A DNA stretch of 63,592 nucleotides, counting the filler, from Licmophora abbreviata (taxonomy: Eukaryota): assembly GCA_900291995.1 (NCBI GenBank). It is 10 parts of 10 records of this genome, joined end to end, with 100 filler letters (N's around TTAATTAATTAA, not from the genome) between each part and the next. Parts side by side here need not be neighbours in the genome. Positions count along the whole stretch, not along the records: positions 23,218 to 35,762 come from OLMU01003076.1; positions 35,863 to 50,118 come from OLMU01003078.1; 8 more parts are not named here. The stretch is one strand, 5' to 3'. Of the stretch, positions 32,052-45,003 are shown piece by piece (position 1 is the stretch's first letter; every line of letters begins with the position of its first letter). The notes beneath the pieces were generated by a model. That model saw only the letters and a program-made list of their open reading frames with translations. It ran no database searches and was not told the origin of the DNA. The position numbers were made by a program, and so were the translations under genes.

Positions 32052-33872
32052 ATGAACAACTCCGATAGCAAATCAGACAGCAAGATGTCTGCTGAAAGCC
32101 CCAGCCAGAACAATCCCATGGCACAGCTTTTTCAGAGGCGCCAAAATCCGGAGAAGTTTGAGAAAGAAACAGCTCAACCACGATACCCTTCTAGGAACGA
32201 CCAGTCCGACAAGCTGGGCCCAACGAAAGATCACGAAGCCTCAGATTTTGTCGCGAGAAAGAATGGAATACTCGATATCACAGACGCTCCAGATCTTCAG
32301 TCTCCCGGCAGTGTGTCCTTCGAGGAAGCATGGGGCGAAGAGGACAGTTTCAAGGAGGACAGCCCCGAGACTGATTTGTTCACAGATCAACAGCACACGC
32401 GTGTCGAGGAAGCAAACGTTTCAAGGACGGCAGAAGAGAGTCCCACTGGTGTTATTGCTGTTGCCCAACCTGTATCGAATAGAGAAGTGACTTCCGGCGA
32501 CTTGGACTTGGCTGACAAAGAAATTAAGAAACAGTGGTGGAAGGATCGTCGCACTCGAATAGTCTTTCTATTGCTCCTATTGGCCTTCATTGCCTTCATT
32601 GTTTGTCTTTCTGTCCTTTTGACACAGAATGATTCTAATTCATCAAAAGCGTTGGTGCCAGATAATGCACCTCAAAGACTTCCGGGCAACTGGACACAGG
32701 TGGGAGAGACGATTGCCGGAGGTCGAATGTTGGAGCTCTATGGTAGGAGCGTGGCACTCTCCAATGATGGGCTAACCCTGATTGGAGGCGCGGACGACTT
32801 TTCGCGGGATGATGCATTCATCACCGGTGGTGCCTACGTCCATCGCCTCATTGGCGAGAATTGGATTCAGCTTGGACAGACCTTGGAAGGAAATGGAACT
32901 GACGATAGCTTTGGTATCGATGCTGCGATCAACGGGAATGGCACTATTGTTGCGGTTGGTGCATACTTTGGTGATCCAGAAGGTATTGAATGCTGCAATG
33001 CAGGTTATGTCCGAGTCTACCGGCTTTTCAATGATACGTGGGATCAGATGGGTCAAATCTTGATTGGCGAGAGCAAGGCAGACAGATTTGGACTAGGACT
33101 TTCAATCTCAGATGATGGCACAACCATTGCAATTGGGGCTCGACAGAGCGACCGTTTCGAGAAGGATGCTGGTACCGTGCGTGTTTTCAGTTTTGTCGAC
33201 GGGAACTGGACACAGGTTGGGCAGCACCTTGACGGCGAAGCCAAGGGAGATCGGTTTGGAGAGTATTTGTCCCTGTCAGGCGATGGTACGGTCGTGGCGA
33301 TTGGTTCAGTAAGAAGCAGAAACGCGACTGGTCACGTCCGCATCTTTGAACTTGCGTCTACCGGTAATTGGACGCAGCTCGGTCAAACAATCGAGGGTGA
33401 CGAAGAAGGCGACGACTTTTCCTCTTCTGTCTCGCTGTCCTCTGCTGGAAGTCGTGTTGCCATCGGTGCTCCAAACCACAACGGTGCTCTTGGAAATTTC
33501 ACAGGTCAAGTTCGCACCTATCAGCTCTCGTTGTCCTCTGGAAACTGGACTCTCCTAGGACAGACATTGGAGGGACAAGCTGGAAGCATCTTTGGTCGGT
33601 CGGTTTCCTTGAGTGATGATGGTACCTCACTTGCCGTCGGAAGTCCTAGGAATGCGGATACCTATGTTGATGCTGGCAAGACTCAGGTTTTTCGTCTGGT
33701 TGATGACTTGTGGGCTCAGGTTGGCCCGGCCATCAATGGAGAGGAGCGGGACGAACACTCTGGGAGGGGTGTCGCCCTTTCCTCGGATGGGGGGACGTTG
33801 GCCGTTGGCTCTCCTCTGGCCAACGAGGGCGGCTCTAACTCTGGGAAGGTCCGAGTCTTTCAGTTGAGCTGA
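32052..33872 (+). CDS. Type II membrane protein with seven FG-GAP-like (integrin-alpha-type) beta-propeller repeats
   Basis: Acidic disordered N-terminus; TM IVFLLLLLAFIAFIVCLSVLL; seven W.Q.G..I.G...FG.SV.LS.DG..LAVG units. Confidence 0.9.
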   Translation: MNNSDSKSDSKMSAESPSQNNPMAQLFQRRQNPEKFEKETAQPRYPSRNDQSDKLGPTKDHEASDFVARKNGILDITDAPDLQSPGSVSFEEAWGEEDSFKEDSPETDLFTDQQHTRVEEANVSRTAEESPTGVIAVAQPVSNREVTSGDLDLADKEIKKQWWKDRRTRIVFLLLLLAFIAFIVCLSVLLTQNDSNSSKALVPDNAPQRLPGNWTQVGETIAGGRMLELYGRSVALSNDGLTLIGGADDFSRDDAFITGGAYVHRLIGENWIQLGQTLEGNGTDDSFGIDAAINGNGTIVAVGAYFGDPEGIECCNAGYVRVYRLFNDTWDQMGQILIGESKADRFGLGLSISDDGTTIAIGARQSDRFEKDAGTVRVFSFVDGNWTQVGQHLDGEAKGDRFGEYLSLSGDGTVVAIGSVRSRNATGHVRIFELASTGNWTQLGQTIEGDEEGDDFSSSVSLSSAGSRVAIGAPNHNGALGNFTGQVRTYQLSLSSGNWTLLGQTLEGQAGSIFGRSVSLSDDGTSLAVGSPRNADTYVDAGKTQVFRLVDDLWAQVGPAINGEERDEHSGRGVALSSDGGTLAVGSPLANEGGSNSGKVRVFQLS

Positions 33873-34165
33873 ATTCTTCGTACCCCAAATGCACACATTA
33901 TATTTATGTATATGAAAAAATATTAGGATGCATCAAATCAGTAGCGAACGTAATAGGCATTTGCTGCAAAGAAGCCAACTATAATAGCTATGACCGAGTA
34001 GGAGTAGGGAACTACGCTAAGCTAGCTAGTAGCTACTAGAGTTTCTATAAAACGTGGAGTTATTGTGAGCCCCGGTATCCATGGTGATTTGAAAAAAGCT
34101 GCAATATGTCAGCGATCTGTTCGGGGGCCGACAAGCAAGTGTCAGTCACTACAGTATGTGCACCT

Positions 34166-34292
34166 CGGGTATCGCTTTCGTCTGGGTGCGCCCTTATTGA
34201 TTGCAATAGGCCTATTTATTCGTTCGTTCCGGCGCCGCCACCTTGGGACTGCGTTCCGCGGCGCTGACAGTTTAGTCTTGGGACTATAGTAG
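34166..34292 (+). repeat. Non-coding repeat, copy 2
   Basis: Same two blocks as 31707-31786 in opposite orientation, with a longer spacer between them; a middle attcgttcg is also shared. Confidence 0.85.
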
Positions 34293-34527
34293 AATATTGT
34301 ACATATTACAGATGGCATTCAATTCCGGTACCGTCACAGGAACCGCGGTACTTGAGAATGTTCTGGATTATGGATGCTGAAAAAATTCAGCATTGACTAC
34401 CATGACTTCTTAAACGTGAAACAATCATTCCAATCCTTTACGAGTGTTCGTCGCACGACCCCGTTATCGCTGGCTCAGTCTCCACTAGTATTTCTCTTGA
34501 AATTACAATATCGCCCAAGACAGCAAC

Positions 34528-35762
34528 ATGCCCAGACTGCACAAACCCGACGACGATGACGGCCATGAAACTCGACCTCCAGCAGTTTCTGTGAAAGCAT
34601 CCGCAGAGATTTCCACGCAACTCCCCAGTCAAGCACGAGCAGCGGCTGCTTCGCTCCTCAAACAGCCAGACGATTTGGAAGCTCCACGTCCTCAGCTTCC
34701 AGAACGTGGGCGCGTTCAGTCAAAAATGTATGAAAGAGCCCCTCTACCACCATCACACGCCGCCAGAGCCGTCACTGCTCCCGCTGCTGCTGCTGCGTCA
34801 GCCCCGGCAGAACAACCCTTCCAACCTGTCCTAGGACACGCCAAGATGCGAGCGCCCGCGACAGCTGCCGGCTCGTCGGATGTACGACCCGGAGCGTATC
34901 CCCAGCGAGGACACTTTCAAGAGGAAAGCAGCGACGACGACGACAACGACGATGATTGCACGACTGGAGCTGACCATCCTCAGCCACCCGACCAACCCAT
35001 GTTTGTCGTGACGGCCGAAGTGGCGGAGTCCGATGACGATACCAACAGTCAAGCCGAAGCACCACTCAGAAAACGGAAACGACTGCTTCTATTTGGAGGC
35101 GCCATCGTATTACTCGCCTTAATTGCCGTTGTGGTAGGCGTGATTGTAGGAACGCAGAACGACGAGTCGACTCCGATGCCATCGACCAGTCCCACCATGA
35201 CACCCATGCCCACTTGGGCTCCCTCCTTTCAACCTTCGGGTCGACCGACCTTGCAGGGAGATTGGCTACAAGTGGGACAATCACTCGAGGGAGTATACGA
35301 CTTTGATCGATTTGGATTGCGAGGTGTTGCTCTCAATGGTAATGGGACGATCCTGGCCATTGGTACCATTGGGGATGAGCTCCTTGGAAATCGGACAGGT
35401 CGTGTCTATGCCTATCAGTTTCAACAAGGTTCTGGATGGCGTCCTTTGGGTCAGGTGTTGGAAGGACAAACAGAACTGGACACCTTCGGATATGCAGTAG
35501 CATTGTCGCAAGACGGAACAATAATGGCCGTGTCTGCTCCGCTCAGTTTCAGCCGACTTGGGAGTGTCCGAATGTTTCAGTTGGTGAATGGTAGTCGTTG
35601 GATGCCATACAGTCAGACCATTGTCGGTCAAGGCGAATTTGGTGAGCTAGGCACTTCCGTAGCGTTGTCTGCGGATGGAAATGTCGTTGCGGTTGGCGCA
35701 CCCCTCGTTGATATTGATGGGCGGCAACTGTCAGACACAGGTCAGGTCCGCGTCTATAGTCT
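34528..35762 (+). CDS. Second type II FG-GAP-like beta-propeller membrane protein (3'-partial at spacer)
   Basis: Pro/Ala-rich N-terminus with RPGAYP; TM LLLFGGAIVLLALIAVVVGVIV; PT/PS stalk; three repeats of the same type before the gap. Confidence 0.88.
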
Positions 35763-35862
35763 NNNNNNNNNNNNNNNNNNNNNNNNNNNNNNNNNNNNNN
35801 NNNNNNTTAATTAATTAANNNNNNNNNNNNNNNNNNNNNNNNNNNNNNNNNNNNNNNNNNNN
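35763..35862. other. Artificial scaffold spacer
   Basis: N44-TTAATTAATTAA-N44. Confidence 0.97.
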
Positions 35863-36022
35863 CCACATCGCGAGAACGAAGATACGCAGTGACATGTCCT
35901 CCACGAGCAACTAATCCGAACTGGCTTACGAGGAGATAGTGGATAACGCACGAAGAAAAACTGTTGACGTAAACTATGTTCATCATTATCCCAAGGGGAG
36001 CAAAGATGAGACGACGACAGAA

Positions 36023-39000
36023 TCACATGTCTGTACCTGACAAGTAGCTAATATCGTCCCATGGGTGGCGGTATAGACCTTGTTTCAACCGTTTCTGGTC
36101 CAAGTAGTGTCCGATGAAACCGATGCTGCGTCCAAGCACGAACAGACCATTCAGGCACCCGTTCTTGACCAGTTCGTCGGCTTCTTCCACCGTGAATGCC
36201 CCACAGCTTCGCATCATATCCACAAAGCAGACTGCAATGCACCCATCTACGTTCAGAATTAAGTTTGCTTTCTTCTTTGTCGTCACCTGCTCCACGGCCA
36301 TAGCAAACTCGAGAACTGTATTGGACTTGAAGTGCTCCAGGGCATAATCCTTGATGATTTCCACACGCTTGTCGGGATTGGCAAGGGACTTAATTCTATG
36401 CCCGATACCCATAATGAGCTTGTTGTTTCTCCGCATATCCTTCACAAACTGTGCTGCGTCCACACCAGCATCACTTGCCTCAGAGAACATGGCGGCGGCT
36501 TCGTCGAGCGCTCCACCAAAGCGGGGTCCAATAGTCAGGAGACCGCTAGTCAAAGAAGAGACAAGATCCTTCCCAGCACGAGCAGCGACGATCGTGTTGT
36601 GAGCACCAGAGACGGCTGGACCGTGGTCGCCAGTCACCATCAAGATCATTTCGACAAACTTGGTTGCGTAGGCAGGAAGACGCCGACGGAACCAGAGAAG
36701 CGAAAGTACACCGCCGACGCCAATATCCTCCTGGAAGACTTCGCTGATCGGCATACCAGAATACTCAAGCTCTTCTCCTCGGTCGTCAGATATGGAGGAA
36801 ATAAAGTTAGCTGGCTTTCGGACGAGACCCAAACGCTTCGCCCAAGTGAAGTCCATGGGGATCTTGGGGGCTTCCGGTTCTGGGGCTGGGACGAGGTCAC
36901 CAGATTCGACAAGAGCATCGTAAATGTCCTTGATCGTGTCGCCAAACCCGAAGAAGTTATCCGGCACATGTGCTCCCGCTGCCCTCATTGCTCTGTTCTT
37001 GGCCGCCGCTGTCTCCAAGTTCCCACGAGCCAAAGCCCCCGCATGACCAAATTGCACTTCAAACGGAAAGATGGACGCGCAAGTTCCGATACACCACGCG
37101 ACAAGTGGCTTATGAATGCGACCGCTCTGGAGGGCCTCACAAATCTCGTACTCGTCGACGCCTCCAACTTCACCCAAAAGCACAAGAATATGTACCGCGG
37201 GGTTGTCGTTGTAGCGGAGCAAGTGGTCGATGAACCGAGAGCCGGGGTAACGATCACCGCCAATGGCGACTCCTTCGTAGACACCATTCGAGTTGCGACA
37301 AATCAAGTTGTTCAGCTCATTCGACATTCCTCCAGATTTTGAAACGTACGCAACCGAGCCTGGCCGATAGAGTTTCGACATCACAATGTTGTCAAGCATG
37401 CCACCAGTGTTCCCAATACGAAAGCATCCAGGCTAAATAATCGACGCGGCGAATGGGCAACCGATTAGGGAAGTGCATTCCTAGGGTTCAAAGTGAATCA
37501 GCACCACAGCGGTCGCGCTTACCTTAATCCCTCCAACGGTGGCTGGGCCGATAATCCCGACCCCTTTCGTGTGTGCTGCCTTGTTCATGGTCCGCGTCTG
37601 AGACTCGGGGACTCCCTCAGCTATAATGGCGATCGTCTTGATCTGAGACGAATACTCTAGAGTCTCCATAACTGACGTGAAGACAGAACGGAACGATGCG
37701 AAATTGACGACGACGGTCACATCTGGGTTCTTCGTGAACGCTTCCTCCATCTTTTGGTACACTGGCACGAGAATCTCCTCGGTTCCCCAGTAGAACTGTC
37801 AAGTGCGACGAGGCAATATAAGCGTTAATCAGGATTCGCATTGATCTGGACAAGGTACACGTTGCACTGATGTAAAGCTCACTTTGATGTAATGGTTCGA
37901 TGAAAACGGGAAGATCATCGCCGCGACAGAGGGTTTCTCGCGCTTACTGAGATGACGAGCGGAAAAGTAACGTGAGCATCAAGACAGTCGAGACGCCCAA
38001 AACTAGGCAGCCAAAGACTTACCACATGAAGTCAAAGTCCAGCATGCCCTGTACAGCCCTATGTTGCAATCCATACACGACACAGCGAGTCGACGCACTG
38101 AAATTCTCGACGCGATGATCGGTCACATGCGTGGCATCCTGGGGCACGAGCGCGTTTCCACGATCCAACTGCACCTTCGAGTCGACCCTCGCCATAGGTT
38201 TGGATACCACTCGATCGTCATCAAACTCAGGAAAGTCTTCGACGGATGCGAGTCCCAACGCGAGAGGTACAACAGCAATAATGTGCGTTTCGGGTCCGTA
38301 AATGTGAATAGGTAGTCCGGTCGAGTTGGCGGCACTGCGCATCATCTCGAGAGCCTCCTGATAGTTGGGTCCCGCACGACGCACCCATATTTGAACCTGC
38401 AAAAGAGAAACGAAATGGAAAGAGTGAGTTAGGGGGGTGTCATCTATTAGTACATAAAAGCACCGATACGCATCTCAAAGCGATCAAGCCACGTACATGA
38501 TGCGACTTAAGGACATCTTGAAAAGCCTTGATGGCCTTGATGAGCCCGGTAAAGGTGGCTGCGGTGTCTGTAAAATTGGCAATTCCTCCGCCAATAATGA
38601 AGATCTTTCCACGCGGGTCTCTGTCACGGCACAACAATCCAATCAAGGTCTTGGCATACTCGTATGTGTGTTCGGTACTGGGTGCCCCCGAGTATTCTCC
38701 GTAGTTTGCCAGCTCATGGCCGTATCCCAAGTCTGAAATGGTATCAGCATACACCACCGATGCTCCGCCTCCAGCCACCATGGTCCAGATGCGTCCTGTG
38801 TGATTGAGAATAGTCAGCTTGAGCGACGCTCCTGTCTTGCTGTCCAGCTCTCGGATGTAGGCTTCTTCCGGAAACTCCTTGCGGCCAAAGGGAGCCGGAA
38901 AGTCTAGATGACCCCACTGACTGGCATTCAAGAATGCGGCCGTCTCGTCAATTTTGGCGGCGAGGTCGAGTGGTACAATCGTGCCATCGTCCGTATACAC

Positions 39001-39715
39001 GATGGGGTTGATCTGTGCATAGAGCACAAAAAGATTGAATAAAGCGTGAGATCAAAGAGGGGTCCAAGTGCTATTGACATGTCTTTCGAAGGCAACGTAC
39101 CTCCATGTAGACAAAGTTCAGCATGCGGTACACTTTAAACAAGGTCAACAAAAAGGAAGCAAGTGACTCTTGACGGTGCTGCGGAACTCCTTCGAGGAGG
39201 TTGGAGTCGAGAATTCTGGCTTCCGACAGACCATCATCGTCAATGCCAACGTGCAAACGCGCGGCCTTGCTATCGACATCACCGACATCGACACCTCCCT
39301 GCGAGCAAAATAGCATCTCTTCGCCTTCTCGATCACTCTGAATACAAATATAGTACTCATCCGACTGTTCGTGCGGCAGAAAGGGTTCGACAATGAAATG
39401 GTCCAGCGTCCCTGTCAAGTGCTCCACCTGAATAGTCTTTTCCATGCGTTCGTCAACCCAAGTTTGCACGCCCGCCCAGTCCAGCTTGATACCGACCAGC
39501 CCCGCTTTCCCGCGTCTCTTAATCAGCTGATCCGGCTTGACCACGAGGGGCGTGTCCAACAGCCACGCTTCCTTTCCCACAAGTTCTTCCAAGTCCGTTT
39601 CGGGTACAATCAAGGCAGATCGATCGTCCACGACATGCTTGCCGTTGGACAGTTCCTTGACGTATTTCGCCAGCAACTTCTTGCCGTGGTACTCGCGAAC
39701 AGCCTTGGCAGACAT
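36023..39715 (-). CDS. ACLY: ATP-citrate lyase, single-chain form (6 exons)
   Basis: Exons 39715-39101, 39012-38497, 38396-38023, 37946-37883, 37795-37523, 37432-36023, all GT-AG and in frame. Motifs [36 protein letters not shown] (phospho-His), [27 protein letters not shown]. Confidence 0.97.
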
Positions 39716-40175
39716 GGTCAGTAGCTGCAATGCTGATTTTACGTTGTAACAGGTCTTTTGATGCTATATCGCACCCAGATCATCAACACACAAACATTCG
39801 TCGTCGCGATTGTGATGCACTGCTTTTTCTCAAAGCGGCGGCGCGTGATGATTGTGACGATCGTGGTGTCATAACCCATCTCTAGATCTGTAGAGCTGAG
39901 AGGATGCCACGTGGAATCTAAGTCTCGGTCATCCTAGATTTGTCACAATGCCTCTTTCCGAGTTTCAGTTTGGAATGTGGTCGACCATGACAGTGCGTCG
40001 CTTCGTTGGTAATTAGTCATGAAGCGTGTTCGGAGGTCTCCGTCGCCAGTTCAGTCTCATTCTTTGGAGATTCGTCATTCCTCCGTGCTTGAAATTCCAC
40101 AAGAACAAGACGAAGCCTTCCGAAAATTGGTCGGATTGGACGTCGCGCCGCCCCAGACTGACGATTCGAAAGAAC

Positions 40176-41399
40176 ATGACCATCGACCGGCTTGATGCTC
40201 CTCGGGGGCGACCAAAAATATCGATCGAGTCAATTATTGCTCAGAGAGTTCTTCTACGGATACTCCTGCGCGTCTGCTTGGTGGCTTGCCTTGTTTTGAT
40301 TGTTCGAACGACATCGTCGACTCTGCGGTTCCACCAGGAGGTTTCCCTCTCCGACCACGACACATCCAGCGAGGTTCCATCTACCGTCGTTCCAGGCTCA
40401 CCGAACCCACACACGATAGTCACCAACACTACTTTGCGTGCACTAACATCTTCTTCGAAAGCTGAACCCAATCGACAGTCCCTTCGCCTTGGCTCTCGCG
40501 TTCCCAAGGCACTCAACGGCCTCGCCGACTTGTCGACTCCGTTCAATTCGAGAACGGAAACTCCTTACTTTTGGGATGTTCACTTTGCTGGAGAAACAAT
40601 CGCGGAGAGTGTATTTCGCAAATGCCACTTTCTTATTCAGGCATGCGAGCATGGATTGAAGCAGCCTCGCTTCAATCAAGATAAACTTGAAGTCTTTGAG
40701 TCGCCTAATGGGGCACTCTACGTCAATGTCGATACGACCAGTGTGTCGGGGATTCACCGAGCAAAACAACTTCAGCTTGCTCAGAAACACATGGCCGACG
40801 TCATGATAAGTCCGAGGCTTCACGATTTTGTTGGAGACATCTTTATGGATGCAGCGCATAGAGGACGGCTCTTTGCGTTGTTTCGTCATCCTGTTGACCG
40901 GGCCATTACCATGTACTACTATCTGGCGACGGCATCGTGGGATCCACAGTACAACCCCGCACTAAAGGAAATGACATTAGAAGAATACAGTAGGAGTGCA
41001 TCGATGGAAAACAACTGGATGACACGATTCTTGGTCAATAAGCCAGGTGGACAACTTTCCAAGGAGGACATGCTCGAGGCGAAAGAGATATTGCGAACAA
41101 AATGTTTGGTTGGACTATACGAGGATCTAGAGGCATCATTGTGGCGGTTTAGCATGTACTTTGGCTGGTCCAAGGAAGATACTAACGCCGACAATTGCCG
41201 GACAGCCGTAGTGCAGGCGGGCGATCCGCGCCACGAGCATCCGCCGATCGAAAGTTTTGGGTCCGAGTGGAACGCTATCGCTGCCGTAAACCAATACGAT
41301 CTCGAGCTGTACGAGTATGCCAGGGTTCTCTACCGCTACCAGGGAGAGCAGATCTTTGGACTTAATACGCCAGTAGAACGTGAGATACATATATTCTAA
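40176..41399 (+). CDS. Type II membrane sulfotransferase-fold protein, paralog 1
   Basis: TM ILLRVCLVACLVLIV; PYFWDVHFAGET (5'-PSB position), YVNVDTT, GRLFALFRHPVDRAITMYYYL (3'-PB), ENNWMTRFL, AKEILRTKCLVGL, NQYDLELYEYA. Confidence 0.85.
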   Translation: MTIDRLDAPRGRPKISIESIIAQRVLLRILLRVCLVACLVLIVRTTSSTLRFHQEVSLSDHDTSSEVPSTVVPGSPNPHTIVTNTTLRALTSSSKAEPNRQSLRLGSRVPKALNGLADLSTPFNSRTETPYFWDVHFAGETIAESVFRKCHFLIQACEHGLKQPRFNQDKLEVFESPNGALYVNVDTTSVSGIHRAKQLQLAQKHMADVMISPRLHDFVGDIFMDAAHRGRLFALFRHPVDRAITMYYYLATASWDPQYNPALKEMTLEEYSRSASMENNWMTRFLVNKPGGQLSKEDMLEAKEILRTKCLVGLYEDLEASLWRFSMYFGWSKEDTNADNCRTAVVQAGDPRHEHPPIESFGSEWNAIAAVNQYDLELYEYARVLYRYQGEQIFGLNTPVEREIHIF

Positions 41400-41409
41400 T
41401 ATCACGGCG

Positions 41410-44400
41410 CTACGACGCTATGCCTTGGGGAAAGAGAGATCGTCCCTGTTCTTCGAACAACTGTACTGCGAAATTCACGACCTCAATGTCCATGCGGTGC
41501 TGAGCGAGGAGAAAGTTGTAGCCTTCCGGATCGACGACAGCATAGTTAATTTGAATTCGGTACTCGGACACCCAGGTATCCAGCAAATCGAGATGACACT
41601 GGCGGAAACCGGGATCACTTGAGTACCAAGAGAGAAAAGTCTCCCATCTGTAAATGGTTTCGTAGAGACGGTCCTGCAAACCGACTAAGACCTTGCGTCG
41701 GACGACTTCCTTGGCAGTTTCCAGCAGTGAATCACTGAGGTGCGTGTCCGATGACACTCCAATGAGTGCTCTTGTGAGCGGGTTGTGCTCCCGGAAGCGC
41801 TTATTGTTGGCGAATTCAAACAACGTGAGCTCACTGTCTTGCGTACGTAGTTTGAACACTTCGAAGCGATTGATGGCACGAAGGATTGGATCACGGAACA
41901 CGACCATGAGCCGCCCGTGCACATTCGGAGTAGTGCTATCTTCTCGTGGCTCGTAGAGCTTTGCGCTTGTCTGGAGTAGAGGAGTGTAGGCGACCTCGGC
42001 AACACCAGACGACGCCAATCCCATTCGTACGGCTCGTTCAATTCCAGGTCCTGTCTCGAGGTCGACGTTGACGAACCTTTGACCCTGGAGGTGCAATATT
42101 CGCAGGTTCTAAATTTGAATTGATGGTAAGTGCATGTTAGTGTTCGCCGGGGATGTGTATTCTAATATAACGGCCCTGCATGCAGAATGACACTCACCTG
42201 CTCCTCAGCACTCCATGCCTGTACCGCCTTTCCTTCCGTGTCGAAGTTGAGACCGTTTCCCGCTTGTGTCTTCGTCAAGCATTGACCGAACACTGCTTGT
42301 ACTATCTCCGCGCCACTCTTATCGTAGCTCCACAGTGTCGGTACCTCTTTTGATGGTCCGCCGTACGGTGCCGCCCATTCCATGTACGCACGTTGAATGT
42401 TATGAGGAAAGTTCTCGACATTATGCCCTGATGACAACTCACTTTCTTGTGTTGTAGAAGTCTGATTGCCTTCCGCAGCAAGCTGAGAGTCCTGTGACGC
42501 CCCTCGCTCCGACGACTGTGGCTGCACGTGGAAAGGGCCGATGTGCACGGCAAAAAAGATGGCTGTTGCGACTAGCCCGGCAAGGGAACAGAGCGTCAAG
42601 ACACGGTGGAACATGCCATTCGACTTGTCCCATGGAGCCTTGTCCAGTTCCTGACCATCGTCAAGGATACCACTGAATGTGCTGGCAACTGTCGCGTCGT
42701 CTGAGGGAGGCTTGACTTGGTGCAGAAATCCGTCCATACTTACTTCGACTTCTCTAGACATTGCCTTGCGAGGATCTGAGTTTTGTCGGTGCGATGGCCT
42801 CATGAAGATTCCGGTCGGGCGGTCGACGCCCTTGTCGGGAACACTGTTGGCGCTACTTCGACCACTCTTCAATTCAGTCGAAGCTCTCGAAGAGCCTGAG
42901 AAGATGGAGTATTTACCCTCCTCATACTCATGTCGGGTGGTTCCTCTTGAGCTGAACGTGTAAGAATCGCTCCTCGTGTCACTCGTGGCTATTGTGTCTT
43001 CGTGGATAGTGTCGATTGTTGCCTCATCCCTTTGAGGCTTCACTGGATCCGTCCATCCTTTCTTCTCATTCCAGTATCCTGTTCCTTCCGTCATAATAGT
43101 CCCATCTTCGTCGTAGAAGGCGGAGTTGTTCTGAACCGTGGACGTCGCAGCTGACGTCCTTTCGCCAACTCCACGAGAAGATGGAGTCTGGGGCCTCCCA
43201 TCGCGAGAGCTTGCAGGCATGCTCCATGGCAAAGCTTTCTCAAAGAACCGCTTCTTCGTGTCGAGAGTCGACATCGTGTTGTCGTCCCACCCAACCGACG
43301 CCGTCGACTGGCCGACAGCAGAGGATCGAAATGTGTTTCCTGGCGTCGACGATCGCTCTGATGTGGGAGTATTCGTCCCCTTGGACCTACCTCGTGATTG
43401 CGCATCTCCAGGCATGTAATAGGGCAGCGCTCGCTCAAAGAATTCTTGGTTTGTGCCCACAGTCAACATATCGTCTCCGTCACTGAATCGCGACCAGCCC
43501 GCGGACCGAGTAGAGTTGTCGTAGGTGTCACCAATAGTTCCTTCCAATGTCTCATCTCCACCAAAGAATTCGCGATTTGTCCTCAACGTGGATGTTGTGC
43601 CTTCATCATCGGATAATGTTCTTGTAGATGGCATTTTGCGACTAGCATGAGAAGCTTCAGCATCCTGGGTTGCGTCGGTTTCAAAGAAGTTTCGGTTCGT
43701 CTTCGTGGTGGACATGGTATGTTCATCGTCGTCGGTTGAGCCTACGTTTTTCTCCACCGCCACATCCATTGGGGACTCTGATATGGTTGGTGTGCCTCCA
43801 AAGAACACACTGTTGGTGCCAGAGCTGATTATCGACGGGCCGTGAGTCCCAATGGATCTCGTCGAGCGACTCATTGATTCAGCCATTGAGAGTCCGAACG
43901 ACGACATGGTTGACACGGAATCTTGTGATCTTAAGGAGGGACGATGGAGGCTCGATGTTGGAGGAGGCCGAGTAGGGCCATGCCTCACGTGCCTTGCCGT
44001 AGCGTCATTCCCTTGGTGCATGGTTGAATCTGATTGATAGTTGAAGCTACTTGGTCGGCTGGAGTCTGAAGAACCGCTTGTATCATTCTGGGTGGAGGAG
44101 CTATTCGACATCCTGGTACGAGACGAGTGCTGCACTGGAGTCAAGTCACCAACGCTCAGCGATGCCTCTGATGGTTGCTCAGTCTCGGTGCTGTTTCTGC
44201 TTACGTTGCTCTTCTTGCTCTGTCTGCTGCGATCGCTCCTTGTCGACCGGTGTGTCCTGGCTGACTTGCTTGACTTCTTACTGGTCTTGCTTCCCTTGGA
44301 GTTTTTTGATATTTTCGACTTGTCATCTCCATCTATAGAAGTCTTCTCGCTTTCCTCGTCTTCCTCTAGCACCATATCATCGAGTTCGTGGAGCTTGTAG

Positions 44401-44729
44401 CTGCCCAGAGCTGAGGCAGGGGTCAAACTAGAAGGCAAACTGAACGCGTTCGAGCTTTTCGTCGACGAAGTGACACGCGAATATCTGGACGATGCCACAG
44501 AGAAATCTTCTATTCCACGCTGCCCCAATGAGGACAAGTCGTCCGTCATTATGGAGGATGCGCTGCTCATCGCTGCGACATAAGGGCGTAAAGGCTCCTC
44601 ATCTTCAATCGGGGCAAGACTCTTTGCGCAGCTCAATTGCACATTACTCGTTCCATGCGTCCCGTCGGACTCGCAAGAAGCATCGTCATCATCTCTGCTT
44701 GTCGCAGTATTCCATGCTTGGTCGCTCAT
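41410..44729 (-). CDS. Type II membrane sulfotransferase-fold protein, paralog 2, with about 710-aa Ser/Thr/Asp-rich N-terminus (2 exons)
   Basis: Exon 1 44729-42198; intron 42197-42109 (GTGAGT..TAG); exon 2 42108-41410. TM VLTLCSLAGLVATAIFFAVHI; PTLWSYDKSGAE, FVNVDL, GRLMVVFRDPILRA, AKEVVRRKVLVGL. Confidence 0.85.
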
Positions 44730-45003
44730 CCTTAGAAGACGATGAAAAGTGTGTCCATTGTAATAAAGTGCAAGAAGTTGTGAATATTGCGTAATGATGA
44801 CCTTTGCGAACAGGTCATAAAGTGTGATCGGAGCGACATGCTCGCTCATAAGTACATCATGACCAGAATGTCCTTTGGGCCTGTCAGGTCAGTAAATGAC
44901 CACATGGGGGTCATCTCGCCATGAAAAATGGGAAGTTCGGTCACTTTTTGGCAACAACACAATATACAGCAGTGTCTACCTCCTGTCAAATCACCGCCGC
45001 TCA

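Noticed and set aside
36332..37342. 336-aa plus-strand ORF
   Set aside because: Antisense shadow of the ACLY last exon.
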